DNA from: Octopus vulgaris
Lineage: Eukaryota
Assembly (NCBI GenBank): GCA_951406725.2
Contig: OX597826.1
Location: 55,118,001 to 55,182,000, forward strand
DNA length: 64,000 bases
Reading direction: 5' to 3'
Part shown: piece after piece, positions 41,215 to 54,485 of the stretch
Layout of the letters: each line of letters begins with the position of its first letter
Numbering within the stretch: the stretch's first letter is position 1
Notes under the pieces: model-generated
The model's input: the letters and a program-made list of their open reading frames with translations, nothing else
Told to the model about the DNA's origin: nothing
The model's database searches: none
Translations under genes and position numbers: made by a program

Positions 41215-41537
41215 CCCTGTTTTCTGGGATCCTAACTCACTAGAAGCATGTGCGTCTAATGATTTACTCTCCCTAACTAATCATATCACTGCGCAGACTC
41301 CGAACGTCCCGACAACACTAGGGAATTCTGGTATATCGCCTGGCGCTCATAATTTATCGAGAAATATGTAAACAAATCAAATTGCGATAAAATAAAAATA
41401 ATTATAATCGCTGGTATTACTAACACAAGCCATATATTTTTCATATATCAGTACATTAAGGCGAAATATGTGCTAGGAATACAGAAGCTTGATAAATTAA
41501 GTGAAATGAAGATAAAAACATTTACTAAACCGGTAAT

Positions 41538-41609
41538 TCTCAGACTGCAGTTTCTTTCTTTTCAGCAATAAAGATAATTTATTTGCTCAGGGAGAATTCT
41601 TCAGTGAGT
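41538..41609 (-). ncRNA. Type I hammerhead ribozyme, array unit 3
   Basis: Same motif; distal stem I base changed (plus strand tgagt instead of tgaga). Confidence 0.82.
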
Positions 41610-41933
41610 CCCTGTTTTTCTGGGATCCTAACTCACTAGAAGCATGTGCGTCTAATGATTTACTCTCCCTAACTAATCATATCACTGCGCAGACTCCGAA
41701 CGTCCCGACAACACTAGGGAATTCTGGTATATCGCCTGGCGCTCATAATTTATCGAGAAATATGTAAACAAATCAAATTGCGATAAAATAAAAATAATTA
41801 TAATCGCTGGTATTACTAACACAAGCCATATATTTTTCATATATCAGTACATTAAGGCGAAATATGTGCTAGGAATACAGAAGCTTGATAAATTAAGTGA
41901 AATGAAGATAAAAACATTTACTAAACCGGTAAT

Positions 41934-42005
41934 TCTCAGACTGCAGTTTCTTTCTTTTCAGCAATAAAGATAATTTATTTGCTCAGGGAGAATTCTTCAG
42001 TGAGA
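41934..42005 (-). ncRNA. Type I hammerhead ribozyme, array unit 4
   Basis: Same motif as unit 1. Confidence 0.85.
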
Positions 42006-42329
42006 CCCTGTTTTTCTGGGATCCTAACTCACTAGAAGCATGTGCGTCTAATGATTTACTCTCCCTAACTAATCATATCACTGCGCAGACTCCGAACGTC
42101 CCGACAATACTAGGGAATTCTGGTATATCGCCTGGCGCTCATAATTTATCGAGAAATATGTAAACAAATCAAATTGCGATAAAATAAAAATAATTATAAT
42201 CGCTGGTATTACTAACACAAGCCATATATTTTTCATATATCAGTACATTAAGGCGAAATATGTGCTAGGAATACAGAAGCTTGATAAATTAAGTGAAATG
42301 AAGATAAAAACATTTACTAAACCGGTAAT

Positions 42330-42401
42330 TCTCAGACTGCAGTTTCTTTCTTTTCAGCAATAAAGATAATTTATTTGCTCAGGGAGAATTCTTCAGTGAG
42401 A
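42330..42401 (-). ncRNA. Type I hammerhead ribozyme, array unit 5
   Basis: Same motif as unit 1. Confidence 0.85.
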
Positions 42402-42725
42402 CCCTGTTTTTCTGGGATCCTAACTCACTAGAAGCATGTGCGTCTAATTATTTACTCTCCCTAACTAATCATATCACTGCGCAGACTCCGAACGTCCCGA
42501 CAACACTAGGGAATTCTGGTATATCGCCTGGCGCTCATAATTTATCGAGAAATATGTAAACAAATCAAATTGCGATAAAATAAAAATAATTATAATCGCT
42601 GGTATTACTAACACAAGCCATATATTTTTCATATATCAGTACATTAAAGCGAAATATGTGCTAGGAATACAGAAGCTTGATAAATTAAGTGAAATGAAGA
42701 TAAAAACATTTACTAAACCGGTAAT

Positions 42726-42797
42726 TCTCAGACTGCAGTTTCTTTCTTTTCAGCAATAAAGATAATTTATTTGCTCAGGGAGAATTCTTCAGTGAGA
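42726..42797 (-). ncRNA. Type I hammerhead ribozyme, array unit 6
   Basis: Same motif as unit 1. Confidence 0.85.
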
Positions 42798-42908
42798 CCC
42801 TGTTTTTCTGGGATCCTAACTCACTAGAAGCATGTGCGTCTAATGATTTACTCTCCCTAACTAATCATATCACTGCGCAGACTCCGAACGTCCCGACAAC
42901 ATATATAT

Positions 42909-43275
42909 GGAACCTGTATGACCAAGACCATATTTATGAAGCGACCGTAAATTCCACGAACGCTAATAATACAGTTTCATCCAAGGGATATATGTGTTTC
43001 ACAGTGGGAAATTTCAAAGCAAGATTCAACAATCACGCCTGAAGCTTCAGTTATATATGGTTCTTAAAAGAACAAGGTTTGAACTACAGGATTTACTGGA
43101 AGATCTTAACAAAATGTAAACCTTACGCCAACGGCAGTGGCAAGTGCGGTCTTAGTAATATGGAAAGATGTCTTATCTGGAAATATACCTTCGACACCGC
43201 AACATGTTTAAATTCAAGAACTGAACATTTTGGTTCATGTTCATACATCACAAAATGCCCGTTACAGTGTTGGGC
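42909..43275 (+). mobile_element. Penelope-like GIY-YIG endonuclease C-terminal fragment (different lineage from 10020-10978)
   Basis: GTCMTK/IYEATVNS..KGYMCFTVGNFKARFNNH*SF..IYWKILTKCKPYANGSGKCGLSNMERCLI..CLNSRTEHFGSC fits the PLE pattern IY.ATV..YIG.T...FK.R.NNH..SF..W.IL....PY..G...C.LC..E...I..LN.R.E....C. Confidence 0.8.
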
Positions 43276-43523
43276 CCCCAAGATTACGGCTAGAATCCAT
43301 ATTTCTACTATATTCCTGCACATGCTTTCTCATATATTTTAACTTTGAATAATTTTCAATTTTTAATTTTTAAATTTTAATTTAAAATTTTTCTTTCCTT
43401 TTTCCATCTTGTGTGTGTACGTGTGTGTCTATATGTATATGTATGTATATATGTTATATGTATATGTGTGTGCATGTGTATCTATGTGTTTGTGCATATG
43501 TATATATATATATGTGTATATAT

Positions 43524-43576
<53 letters not shown>

Positions 43577-43699
43577 GTAAGACTGTCCGGTGCATATGGG
43601 CGACTTTCATGCACACGACCCTCCATTTATACGAATATGCATGTTTGTATATGTGCGGGTGTAGGTGTGTGAAAGGAGGATATGTATATATATATATAA

Positions 43700-43731
<32 letters not shown>

Positions 43732-44370
43732 ATGTATGTATACGTATATATGTGTGTGTGTGTGAATGTATGTCTGTAAATATATACGCATATATATATG
43801 TACAAATGTCTATATATATATGTATTGTGTGACGTGTATGCATGTAATCAACTATGTGTGTATGGGGATGAGCGTGTGTATCTATATGTCTATGTACCAA
43901 TATTTAAATCTGTATGAACGTGTATATGTTCGTATGTATGCATGCATGCATGAAGGTATGTGTGCATGAATGCATGTGTCTATGTGCGTATGTATATATA
44001 TATATACATATACATGCGTGTGTGTGTGTGTGTGTATTTATGTACGCGTGTACGCATGCATACATTTGTAAATGTTTTCCCATGCGCGTATATGTGAGGC
44101 TCACTATGTGAAGTTTTAATAGTGTGTTTGAGCGTATGTGTGTGATAGTGGGTATGGTCACATCCTACAAATAAACACACATATGCAAACATATTTGCAA
44201 ACATGCATCTATATTAATATCTTTTTCTCTTTTTTTTTTGTTTTATAGAAGAGTACACATGACCTCGTGAAAACGTAAAAGATTAAAGAGAATTTCCACT
44301 TGCTGTTTGATATCCACTAGACTGCTCAACATCATAAATTTCGCAACGCTTAGTTACTTACATAAGATAG

Positions 44371-44424
<54 letters not shown>

Positions 44425-44451
44425 ATATGTAAATTGGCATGCACTCGTATA

Positions 44452-44486
<35 letters not shown>

Positions 44487-45732
44487 TGTGTGTTTCTATA
44501 TATGTCCATTTACTGTTTTACATCAATGGCTGGCATGTTTTATTTATTGAACATTGGTTTGTTTTCTGGTTTTTTTATATTTCATTTCTCTTGGACATTT
44601 ACATATTGTTGGAGAGAATGCTGCTTTGTATATTTGTTTAATTTCATTTTTATTTTACAGTTGGTTGGTCTTGTTATTGCTAGCCATTCAGCCGTGAAGT
44701 GGGGAGTCACATCTGGGCGAAGCGATAGAGAAATGAGAGATTGCTGTACACATTGAAGCAGGCAAAGGACGATTCCTCGATATCCTATCCCTGGCTTAGT
44801 GAGACGCTAACCTGTTATGTATCCTTTGCACAAAATTCTTAACCGCTTGCCTGTCCTGTTTATCACACGTGATATGTCATGTGATGCGTACGACATATTT
44901 CGCTCTCATCCACGCATCATATATGATATACATTCCCAAGTTTTCTCAATCACCAGATTAACTTGGGACATAAAAATGGAAAGCTATATATCACTCAGAA
45001 CATAAAACAACGGCAAAATAATTTGAAAACAACTATAGATCTTAAGAACGAACTTATGGAAAAGCTCTGGACAGGCATCGGGTCAACTCTCTTCCGATCG
45101 CGCTCTCCAGTTAAGGACGGATAGGTAGCTGTAGTAAGCTTTCAGTCCAGTCGCGGCCATTTAACTTTAGAGAAGGCTTGAACTTCAAGATCTAATGTGT
45201 TCTTCATTTTTCTATAGATGTGAATTAAGGAGTGTCTGTATATCACGTCTGATTTCGAGGGGCGATGGTGTTACGAACAAATTTTACTAATTAAAAATAG
45301 TTCAGATCATCTTTCGGTTAACAACTTGATAGTTGGGACTGATGATGCTACAAGCGACAGAGATTGCAAGCTGAAAATATTTATGTACCTCAGAGTGGAT
45401 AACATCTGTGAAGTGTACTGCAAGCCTCATGGGACGTAACAGTTTAGGCTATGAAATCGCAGGCAAGGCGACTATCCGGTGCCCAGTCGAGTAGGAGGGC
45501 ATAGCGACGAGTATGGAAGATGCTGACGTAAACCTGAGTGAAGCTGATTGCTACTGCAATAAACTCATGCTCAGCCATTGCTGGGATTTAGCATGGACAA
45601 TTGTCAGTGACCGTTTCCCTGGATTATATATAATTCACTAACGGGTCGAAAAGTCGCAGTCACAACTACTGCTTTTTTAAAGAATTAATATATTTGTGTG
45701 CTGTATGTAGGTGTGTGTGTATGTTTGTGTAC

Positions 45733-45781
<49 letters not shown>

Positions 45782-47902
45782 CGTGTGTGTGTGCGTGTAG
45801 AAACAAATGGATTTATGTGAGCATAAATCCTTTAAAGCGTGCAGGCAATGTTCAAGGAGAACAATTAGTGGTGTTAAGTTAAGTGACAAAGTCTAACAAC
45901 ACTAACAAGCCACAGCGAGATTTAAACTCAGATTGCATTAAGCCAAATTGAATTCCCTAAAACAACACCCTGTCCGATTCTCTAACGATTCCGATTCCGC
46001 CTGCCATGTGCACTTCACTACTGGATAATTTGCTGACCCCTGAAGGTTAAAAGACAACGTTGACCATGGCAGGAGTTGATATTAGAACGCAAGAGGTTGG
46101 CATATCTACAACTAAACATTTCAGTCGATAACCCTAACAATGTTGCCTGTTCGTTGGGACAGGAAGGAACGGGGCCGCAGTTCATAAGCTGCTACAAACT
46201 TGGGTATCTTTTGCAGTTGCAAGAATGCGGAGGTTCTGTTCTAACGATACCTTACCTCCATCTTAATTCCACAAATCTCAGTCTCTTCCTATAAGGATCT
46301 CGACAACCGTGTTAAAACGGCGACATTTGAGCTGCATTTTTTAATCTTGGGGGCGATATGGAAGCCCGCGGGTGCTAAATCTAGTGAATAGGGGCGGGGG
46401 GTTAAGCATTTTGTCCGGCGTGCTATCGATTCTGCAATCTTGCTACGTAAATAATAATGGTGATGATGATGATGATGATGATGACGACGACGACAGTGAC
46501 GTTGATGATGATAAGGGGGAGGAGGAGGAGTAGGAGGAGGAGGAGGGGAAGGCGAGAAGGAGGTGAACGACCCGATGAACTGGTTATAACCAGAACGTCT
46601 TTTATTATGGATGTCATCAATAAAGGTTTATATGATCGTGGAGATAACTAACAGACAACAAACACCAGAATGAAATCCACCCAGCCCAGAATATTCTACG
46701 GATTAATGTATCACAGAATTAACTATCACCAAGGATGTTATTATATCTTGGTTGTTATGTAGAATTTGACTGCTAAAATACAATAGTTGTTTTAAGGTTT
46801 TTACCTGTCGCTGCTTTCCTTTTACTACGATTCCATCGTTTTAAAACAGCAAATTTTTAAAATAGACGGCAGATAATTAGTTGCATTTCATGAGCGATTC
46901 TTTTTTTGTCTCTCTTCCCTGATGCGATTTTGTTTTAACATGTTGGCACCCGAGAGATTATTAAATAAATGGATGTATTAATTTTCTGTCAGAAAGATTT
47001 TTCTGTTTATTTATTTAAAATTCAAATGACATCAACTGAAGAATTTTCATTCATATATTACTTCTTATTTTTTTTTTTTTCCATTTCTCATTTAATTTTA
47101 AACTTTCGAGCTCCTTTGAAAATATTTTCAAATTATTATTAATATGGTTATCATTATTATTGTTGTTGTTGTTGTTGTTGTTCTGGTTGCTACTTTTGTT
47201 GTATTTTGTAGTTGTTCTTGCCATTGTTGTTGTTGTTGCTGCTGCTACCGTTGCTACTGCTACTACTGCTGCTGTTATTGCTGCTGCTGTCGACGCCACT
47301 GTTATTTCTGCTGCTGCTTGCCTCTGACTCATTCAAACATGTTGAAAATTTTCTCCGAGATTTCTTAATGTTTTTCAAATGTTCGTGAAGAAATGAAATT
47401 TCCTTTTGGATTTTATTTAAAGCAAAGGATGTTAGTGAAGATTTTGTAAGTCTACTTGTATCGGGGTAACATGACAAAGTGAAGTTTTCTTTCTTTTTTT
47501 TTTGTTCTTACATAATTCCAGTTTTTCCTTCATAACTCCAAGTCAATAATAACTTCCTGTAATACGGAAACTGCCCTCAGAAGAAATTACTTCAAACATT
47601 GAAAATTGGTTCCCAAACAGTAAAAACTCTCAAGCATTAAAGGAAATAAAAAAAGCATAGAAAACAAACAAAGAATGACATTCATAAAAAAACATACAAA
47701 CACATTTAACTAACTGGCACACCATCCGTTACGATGATGAGGGTGTCAGTTGATTAACAGAACAGCCTGCTCTTGAAAGTAACGTGAAAGTTACTGAACA
47801 CTCCACAGACACACGTACAGTCGTGGTCGAAAGTTTGGAACATTGTTTTAAAATTGAAAATTGTTCTACCCAAATACAATTTGATTCAAATATATACAAC
47901 GT

Positions 47903-48210
47903 GGAGGCGCAAAGGCCCAGTGGTTAGGGCAGCGTATTCGCAGTCGTAGGGTCGCGGTTTCGATTCCCAGACCTGGCGTTGTGAGTGTTTATTGAGCGAA
48001 AACACCTAAAGCTCCACGAGGCTCCGGTAGGACTGGTGGTGATCCTTGTTGTACTCTTTCGCCACAACTTTCTCTCACTCATTCTTCTGTTGGCCTGCTC
48101 GCTTAGCCAGCGGGGTGGCGTCATTTGAAGGCTAAAACAATGCGAAGCGCATTGTGACCAGCGATATGTAGCCACATCTGATAGCCTGATCGGTCACGGT
48201 GATCACGGTG
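47903..48210 (+). mobile_element. tRNA-derived SINE (family T), full length with TSD
   Basis: Head ggaggcgcaaaggcccagtggttagggc (A box), ggtttcgattccc (B box), tail (tcacggtga)x2. 11-bp TSD atatacaacgt at 47892-47902 and 48211-48221. Confidence 0.9.
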
Positions 48211-48359
48211 ATATACAACGTAGAAATATATTTACTTGATAACTGATCCAATGGCTCAATATCAAGAAGAAAAAAAAAGGCAAAATCAAAAACATAGTTC
48301 TAGACCAAATTGCTTATTTTTACTAAACAGAATCTTGTCTAATTTTCAGACTTATGTTT

Positions 48360-48578
48360 CAAGTGTATGCTTAACGTAGTTCTTAGAAAAATTCAGCGTG
48401 ACATAGAATGTGACAACGCTGGCTCTTTCACTTACAGATACTCTTGTTTTTGTCAGCTGAGTGGACTGGTGTAAGGGGAAATACAGTGTCTTGCTCAAGG
48501 ACACGATGCGCCACCAGGAATGAAACTCACGACCTTTCGATCGTGAGCCGAATGCTCTAACCACTAAGCTACGTTCCT
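48360..48578 (-). mobile_element. Decayed CORE-type SINE
   Basis: Minus strand agcttagtggttagagcattcggctcacgatcg..gtgtccttgagcaagacactgtatttc..ccactcagctg. Confidence 0.75.
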
Positions 48579-48626
48579 TCCCACCATAGCATGATAAACA
48601 CCACCTGTGAAAACAAAAACAACAAT

Positions 48627-48749
48627 AGGCGTAGAAGTGGCTATGTGGTAAGTAGCTTGCTTACCAACCACATGGTTCCGGGTTCAGTCCCACTGCGTGG
48701 CACCTTGTGAGTGGTTTTGGTAGACAGAAACTAAAAGAAACCTGTTATA

Positions 48750-48844
<95 letters not shown>

Positions 48845-49060
48845 ATGTTTGTGTGTCTGTGTTTGTCCCCCCAACATCACTTGACAACGATGCTGGTGTG
48901 TTTGCCTCACCGTAACTTAGCGGTTCGGCAAAAGAGACCGATAGAATATGTACTAGGTTTACAAAAAATAAGTCCCGAGGGGTCGATTTGCTCGACTAAA
49001 GGCGGTGCTCCAGCATGGCTACAGTCAAATGACTGAAACAAGTAAAAGAGTAAAAGAGTA
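48627..49060 (+). mobile_element. SINE family O copy
   Basis: aggcgtagaagtggctatgtggtaagtagcttgc..gggttcagtccc..(TA)n(TG)n..(gtaaaaga)x2 tail. Confidence 0.9.
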
Positions 49061-49259
49061 ATAACAAAAAGAAAACAACTGAAAGTATTATGGCAACTGA
49101 AAGAATTATGAATACTAACAAAATCACTTTACTTGGTTTGTACTTTAAACCAAGGAAGATCCTCGATGTCAAACATTTTGGTGAAAGGAGTGAAGTATTT
49201 GAACAGTGTTAGTAAGAACTTTGGTTTATGCTGTTTATATTTTGATTTTTGTTGGACAA

Positions 49260-49649
49260 TCTATATATATAAAACTGTAGTTGTGTGAGTGTCTGTCCCC
49301 TTCGATTTAGATTCCTAACTACTCCCACATTTTGCGGTGCAGTGTAACCAAAACCGGGTATCTTATAGTCGTGATTCATATCAAGCCCTTCTGGGTATTA
49401 GCGCGCGTCTACGATGAGTCTACGATTTTAAAAATAATTTACCATCATTTATTTCCATTTTCATGCATTTTTTTTAAAGGGAAGTAACTCTCTAAAAATG
49501 TCTACGATGAGTCAACGATTTAAAAAAAAATTACCATCATATTTTTTCCATTTTCGATGCATTTTTTTGCTATTTTTTGGCTATAACTCTCAAAATGCTG
49601 TATAGTTATTTCCCTTAATAACTCGAGCAACGCCGGGCGATACTGCTAG
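49260..49649 (+). mobile_element. Non-autonomous Helitron
   Basis: 5' TC(TA)n start after an A, 3' CTAG followed by T, subterminal GC hairpin ctcgagcaacgccggg, no TSD. Internal duplication of about 65 bp (gtctacgatgagtc..). Confidence 0.85.
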
Positions 49650-49912
49650 TATTCAATAAATTTTGGGGGGCTTGGTTTTCTATTTCGTTGGTTGAGATAC
49701 TATGGTTTTTCTGTTGCTGTTTGTTTTTGTTTTTTGTTCATTACATGTGTGTTTATGATATGATCTCTCTTCCACAAATTGTTTCCTATTCCAATAGGTC
49801 CATAATTTTAAAATAGCAACCAGCATTAAGAAACAGGTTACTTCATTTCAGATATCTACGGATTCATTATCATAGCTTGGATATTTGAACGTTGTGTCGC
49901 TCAAAAATAATC

Positions 49913-50125
49913 ATTTCTACTATAGGCACAAGACCTGAAATTTGGGAGGAGGGGACTAGACGATTAAATCGATACCAGTGCGCAACTGGTACTTATTTCA
50001 TCGACCCCGAAAGGATGAAAGAGATAAGTCGACCACGGCGGAATTTGAACTCAGAACGTAAAGACGGAAGAAATGCTGCTAAGCATTTTGCCCGGCATGC
50101 TAACGATTCTGCCAGCACGCCGCCT
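49913..50125 (-). mobile_element. SINE family M copy
   Basis: tcgaccccgaaaggatgaaa..gcggaatttgaactcagaacgtaaagacgg..ctgccagcacgccgcc. Confidence 0.85.
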
Positions 50126-50552
50126 AGTATCGTTGTAAAATATGCATGTCAGACAGAAACGTATTCCACTTCGGCTCCATTTATGATATTTATATTTCAA
50201 CTGCTAGACTTAGGAAGAAAAGCCCAGGCCTTTATTTAAATCGCCACCATTGTTCTCTAGTACCGGTTTATTTGATTCTGGTAATGTCGTGCTTCGCATT
50301 TATATTTTTTAGTCCGGCATTTTTATGAATCAGATTCGAAGTACCTAATCCCCTATTTACCTTGGGTTGAATCTAACAGTGTCTATTTGTCATGTTTGTC
50401 ACTTTTGGGTGGTGGGAAGTCAAGATCGGTCTGGTGTTGATATGGACCATACTAATATAGTTTATTTTATACATGACATAAAATCACCAACCACTACCAA
50501 CCACCAACATCCACCACATACCGCCATGGCCACCGCCACCACCACCACCACA

Positions 50553-50605
<53 letters not shown>

Positions 50606-50991
50606 CATCATCATTATTATTATCATTATTATTGTTGTTCTTCTTCTTATTATTATCATCATCATCATCATTATTATTATTATTATCATTATTATTATTA
50701 TTATTAAGATCACTTTAGCAATACTATTTTGGTTTTCTTGGGAGTTTTATATTTTCCGTTAAAATATTACCATCCTGACGGTGGCCATTTTTATTCTAAA
50801 ATGAACCCATTATACTATTGTTATTGTTGGTATTGTTATTATCATTATTGATGCCTTGGTGTTATTTTTATAACTTCTCGTTTAGCATTTCTTCATTATA
50901 TTTATCATATTGTTTGTTGTTTTATACCACATGTAATGTAATGTAATAACAAAAATTAAAAATGCAAAGAAAGAAACAAACAAGCAAAAGC

Positions 50992-51029
<38 letters not shown>

Positions 51030-51654
51030 ATGAATAAATAAAATTAAAGAAGGGAAAGAACTAGTTCGCACAGTGGGGAATCTAAAAAGACAACCATCAC
51101 GCACTTGTGAATGAAACCAATTTTTCACCATTACTTCCAGTCAGCGACTTTTTTCAAATTTAAGATCCCAAAACAAGCTCCCTCTCACATCATCTCACAA
51201 CCCAAACCAAACTCGTCACCGATCAACTACTACCACCACCACCACCACCACCACCACCACTGCTACAACCACCAACACCATCAGCTCTCCTTCTCTTCCT
51301 CCATGTTCCTCCGAACACATGAAGTGAGTATGCAACATAATTCATGGGTACTATTTCTTTTTCGAATGCGTACAACGTCATCCAACAAGCGGTCTCACAG
51401 CAAAAGCTGTATCATTTTACGCTGTTCTGATTCGCGAAGAGCTTAACCAACTAGAAGATGGCAAGAGAGCTTGGCTACTTCAGTGACGTAAGGTTCAGCA
51501 GAGTTTTTACTTTCTTTTTTTTTTTGCATTTTTAAATTTATTTTTATTTATTTATTTATTTGCCGAAGCGAGCAGAAATTTATTTTTTTCACTTCTTGTT
51601 TTGGTTTTTCGTTGCAATTTTATTTTGCGTCTTCAGTCGTCTTTATTTCCATTT

Positions 51655-52028
51655 TCCGCCTTCCTTCCTTGCTTGCTTCCTTCCTTCTTTTCTTCCTTCC
51701 TTCCTTCTTTCCTCCCTCCCTTCCTGCCTGCCTGCCTTCCTTCCTTCCTCTCGTCCTTGCTTCCTTTTTCTTCCTTCCTTTTTCTTCTTTGTTTTCTTCT
51801 TTCTTTCTTTTCTCCTTCTTTCCTTCTTTCTTTCTTCCCTCGCTCATTTCTTTCTTTCTTTCCTTCTTTCTTTCTTCCCTCGCTCATTTCTTTCTTTCTT
51901 TCCTTCTTTCTTTCTTCCCTCCCTCATTTCTTTCTTTCTTTCTTTCTTTCTTCTGCTACTTCATAGTATTGGTCATGTTCTTCACACATATCCTCCTCTT
52001 CTACATCATCATTACTATCACCATCATC

Positions 52029-52103
<75 letters not shown>

Positions 52104-52178
52104 GTCGTCGTCCTCGTCGTCGTCATCATCATCATCATAATCACCATTGGTATTGTTGTTGCTCTTACTACAACTGTT

Positions 52179-52237
<59 letters not shown>

Positions 52238-52500
52238 GTTCCACTGCGTTGACAGAGGTAACCACAATGAAGTACAACTTGTTCTCCTCACCAGACAAAA
52301 AATATAAAAACCAATAAAAACAAAACGAAACAAACCTCCAAACAGCAAAAGAAAAAAAACATAAACACTCCCACAAATAAAAATAAACCCGACAAGCAAA
52401 CACACTTCATCTTTGTCATTATTGCAGGATCCCAATATTTTAGCATCATCATGATCATCATCACCATCACCATCCTCCTCATCATCATCATCACCATCAC

Positions 52501-52550
<50 letters not shown>

Positions 52551-52564
52551 CCATCATCATCGTT

Positions 52565-52596
<32 letters not shown>

Positions 52597-52810
52597 CATC
52601 ATCAGTATCATCACCATCACCATCGTCATCGTCGTCATCATCATATCATCGTCGATGTAGTCATCATCATCATCATCATCACCACCATCACCATCACCAT
52701 CATCATCGTCATCATCATCATCATCATCGTCATCATCATCATCATCATCGTCATCGTCATCATCATCATCATCATCATCGTCGTCGTCGTTGTCATCATC
52801 ATCATCATCC
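51655..52810. repeat. Polypyrimidine tract with a 3 x 40-bp minisatellite (51821-51940), then (CAT)n/(TAC)n fields
   Basis: Directly visible; unit tccttctttctttcttccctcgctcatttctttctttctt. Confidence 0.9.
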
Positions 52811-53077
52811 CGACATTGTAATATCTCACACGACCATTGCAAACCCGCAAAAAACACCTCCCTCTCCCTCTCTCCCCTCTCTCCCCCCTCTCTCTCTCAA
52901 TCTCTCTCTCTTTCAATTTCTCTCTCTCTCTCTCTCTCTCTCACTTTTTCTCTATCGTTTCACTCAGCTATACATTCTTCCTTTCTTTCTTTCGTGCTTG
53001 CTTTTTTCTACGTTCCTTTTCGTCTTTCCGTCCACTTCCTTTATTTGTTATTTTCATATATATACATACATACATGC

Positions 53078-53108
<31 letters not shown>

Positions 53109-53120
53109 ATATACATATAA

Positions 53121-53195
<75 letters not shown>

Positions 53196-53508
53196 CATAT
53201 ACATATATATATATATATTTATATTCCTTTACATTTGCATATACATATTTATAGATTATTTCATTTGCTATCGTTCTTTTCATTAACTTCTTTACACTTT
53301 CTTTCATCCTTACAATTGTTTCTTTCTTTCCTTTTATCTTTCTTTCATTTTCATTTCATTCATATTTATCATTACATCTTTGTCTAATATTTTCATTTAC
53401 TTGTAGACTTTCCTCCTTCATTCTTGGCCCTTTCTTTTACTTAGCTCGCTTTCCTTCTTTCTTCCTTTCATCATTTCTTACGTTCGTTTTTTGCCTATTT
53501 TTATACAC

Positions 53509-53576
<68 letters not shown>

Positions 53577-53670
53577 AAACATATACTATGTTTGCATATA
53601 TATATATATATATATATACACGTATATGTAAATATGTATGTGTCTATACACACGCACATGTATATGTATG

Positions 53671-53738
<68 letters not shown>

Positions 53739-54096
53739 TCTTTATCTATTTCTTGTTTCGCTTTTCATTCTGTATGTTGGGAGGAACACAAGACATGATA
53801 AAGCATCTAAAGAAACTTCTCAGATCACTGACCTTACATGAATTATTGCCATCTTTAAGGGAAAATACCTGAAGCTGAACACACATTTCTTACTTTACTT
53901 TATATTTCTATAGATTTATTATTGTTTTAGTTATTTGAATATTTTCTTATTTTATTTTATTTTTTTTTTTTGCTTTCGTCCTTTTGTTGCTACCTCATCG
54001 CAGTAAAAAAAAACGACTTTCAAACAAAAGTGTAAATAAAAGAAACGTTAAAAATACAACCAAAATATGGAAAAAAATACAAATAACAAAAATACT

Positions 54097-54485
<389 letters not shown>

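Larger units (their letters stand above)
40578..42901 (-). mobile_element. Tandem array of 396-bp non-coding units, each with a hammerhead ribozyme (non-LTR retrozyme-like)
   Basis: Unit starts (taaacaaatc) at 40578, 40974, 41369, 41765, 42161 and 42557; the last unit is partial (345 bp). About one private difference per unit. (TA)n on both flanks. No internal ORF >=60 aa in the track. Confidence 0.9.

Noticed and set aside
40578-42901. CRISPR array or ordinary centromeric satellite
   Set aside because: There are no unique spacers and the DNA is eukaryotic. Only about 6 units, each with a ribozyme motif and TA flanks, fit a retrozyme or pLTR multimer better.
44660-45660. Coding-like unique block, possibly an exon or decayed LINE
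   Set aside because: No long ORF and no motif I can recognise; left unannotated.
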